A model generated the notes under the pieces. It was given only the letters and a program-made list of their open reading frames with translations. It was not told where the DNA came from and made no database searches. A stretch of 64,000 nucleotides of DNA from Magallana gigas (lineage: Eukaryota), in the NCBI RefSeq assembly GCF_963853765.1, contig NC_088857.1, forward strand, positions 9,734,001 to 9,798,000, given 5' to 3'. How positions within the stretch are numbered: position 1 is the first letter of the stretch; each line of letters opens with the position of its first letter. Both the position numbers and the translations under genes were made by a program. Positions 63,030 through 64,000 of the stretch are shown piece after piece.

Positions 63030-63913
63030 CTGTGAACGAAAATGTCATAAAACATAATGAGATTTTTTCGATAAGAATTCTGTACTCAGTGGCACATGTT
63101 AAAAATCAGCGTAAGAATATAAAATGAACTGGTTTTTTTTATTACGATAATGAAAAAAAAGGTGCAGCAATATTAACAAATATGGTCTGCCTGCTAAGAT
63201 TGATATGAAAGTCGTGTATTTGTAACTATTTCATATAGTAATTATTGCTCAAGAAAACCAAACTTAAAGATCGTTTTAGATCCAATCAACAGTATTTATT
63301 GGTTTTACAGCTTGAAAAAGAAAATAAAAAAACTCTAAAACGTATGAAGGACATGATATTATTCAAAATCTCATAAGTTATAAATTCATAGTCTAAATTT
63401 CAGTACCAAAAACATGTGAGAAAAATTTTGCCATGTTCGCTAACACTTTGTCGTTACAAAATTCTTTGCTGCTAAAATTGCATATATTTTTCGGAAATTG
63501 TACAAAGTAATGTTTTGTGGTGTTTGTTTATTAAAGCAGTTGCAGATTTGTTCGTTTGTTTGTTTGTTTGTTTTTTTGTAAAAAAGTTTTTCGAATGAAG
63601 AATTCACAAAATGTGTCATGCTTAGTGTGCTGCAGCACCTTGCATCGAAAATATCCTATGGTAGCAAAATAAAAATCGCAAAATTTGCAAAAATATCATA
63701 TCGTACTTCGCGTGTTAAATTTTTCACTAAAACAATAATGTCAGTAAATGTTCAATTACAATTAAAGCAACCAGTTTACCAGCACCATGAAATGATGTCA
63801 ACTTTGTCAACAGTAAATGAGAGAAACCTTCATTACATTGCATCCAACCAGTTATATTACTCCACCAAACAACTATGCATATAATTTATATACGGTCTTG
63901 GAATTGATTTTTG

Positions 63914-64000
63914 TAATAATGTATTGCTGTCATCAACAAATACGTGTAATAACGTATTGCTGTCATCAACAAATACGCGTAATAACGTATTTCTGTCATC
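63914..64000. repeat. 33-bp tandem repeat running off the window end
   Basis: TAATAACGTATTGCTGTCATCAACAAATACGTG, ~2.6 copies visible. Confidence 0.85.

Noticed and set aside
63780-63845. Candidate first exon for the cvSI-like mucin (MQCNEGFSHLLLTKLTSFHGA|)
   Set aside because: Phase fits, but it is a poor signal peptide; the 5' end is left unresolved and may lie beyond the window.

Overview
AT-rich eukaryotic genomic DNA. The repeat landscape (166-bp-satellite-bearing Helentron-like elements, TA/TTAA MITEs, frequent TACATGTA) suggests an oyster or other bivalve; this is inference. By manual splice reconstruction I find eight protein-coding loci: the 3' end of a TBCEL-like gene; SNRNP25 and POLR3K head-to-head, as in human; an orphan 396-aa ORF; an 8-exon secreted mucin-stalked protein whose C-terminal domain resembles the bacterial type VI amidase effector Tae2 / tick Dae2 but appears to lack both catalytic residues; a ~1977-aa multi-zinc-finger protein with a GC-AG intron; a small ankyrin-repeat protein; and a mucin flanked by two 6-Cys modules resembling oyster cvSI protease inhibitors. 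Intergenic and intronic DNA holds many non-autonomous transposons, an RTE LINE relic with a nested Harbinger fragment, a tRNA-derived SINE, and a 34-bp minisatellite. The top candidate for a novel system is the Tae2/Dae2-like pseudo-amidase at 21323-28725, which the ORF track misses. All family assignments are by-eye motif recognition; no database searches were run.
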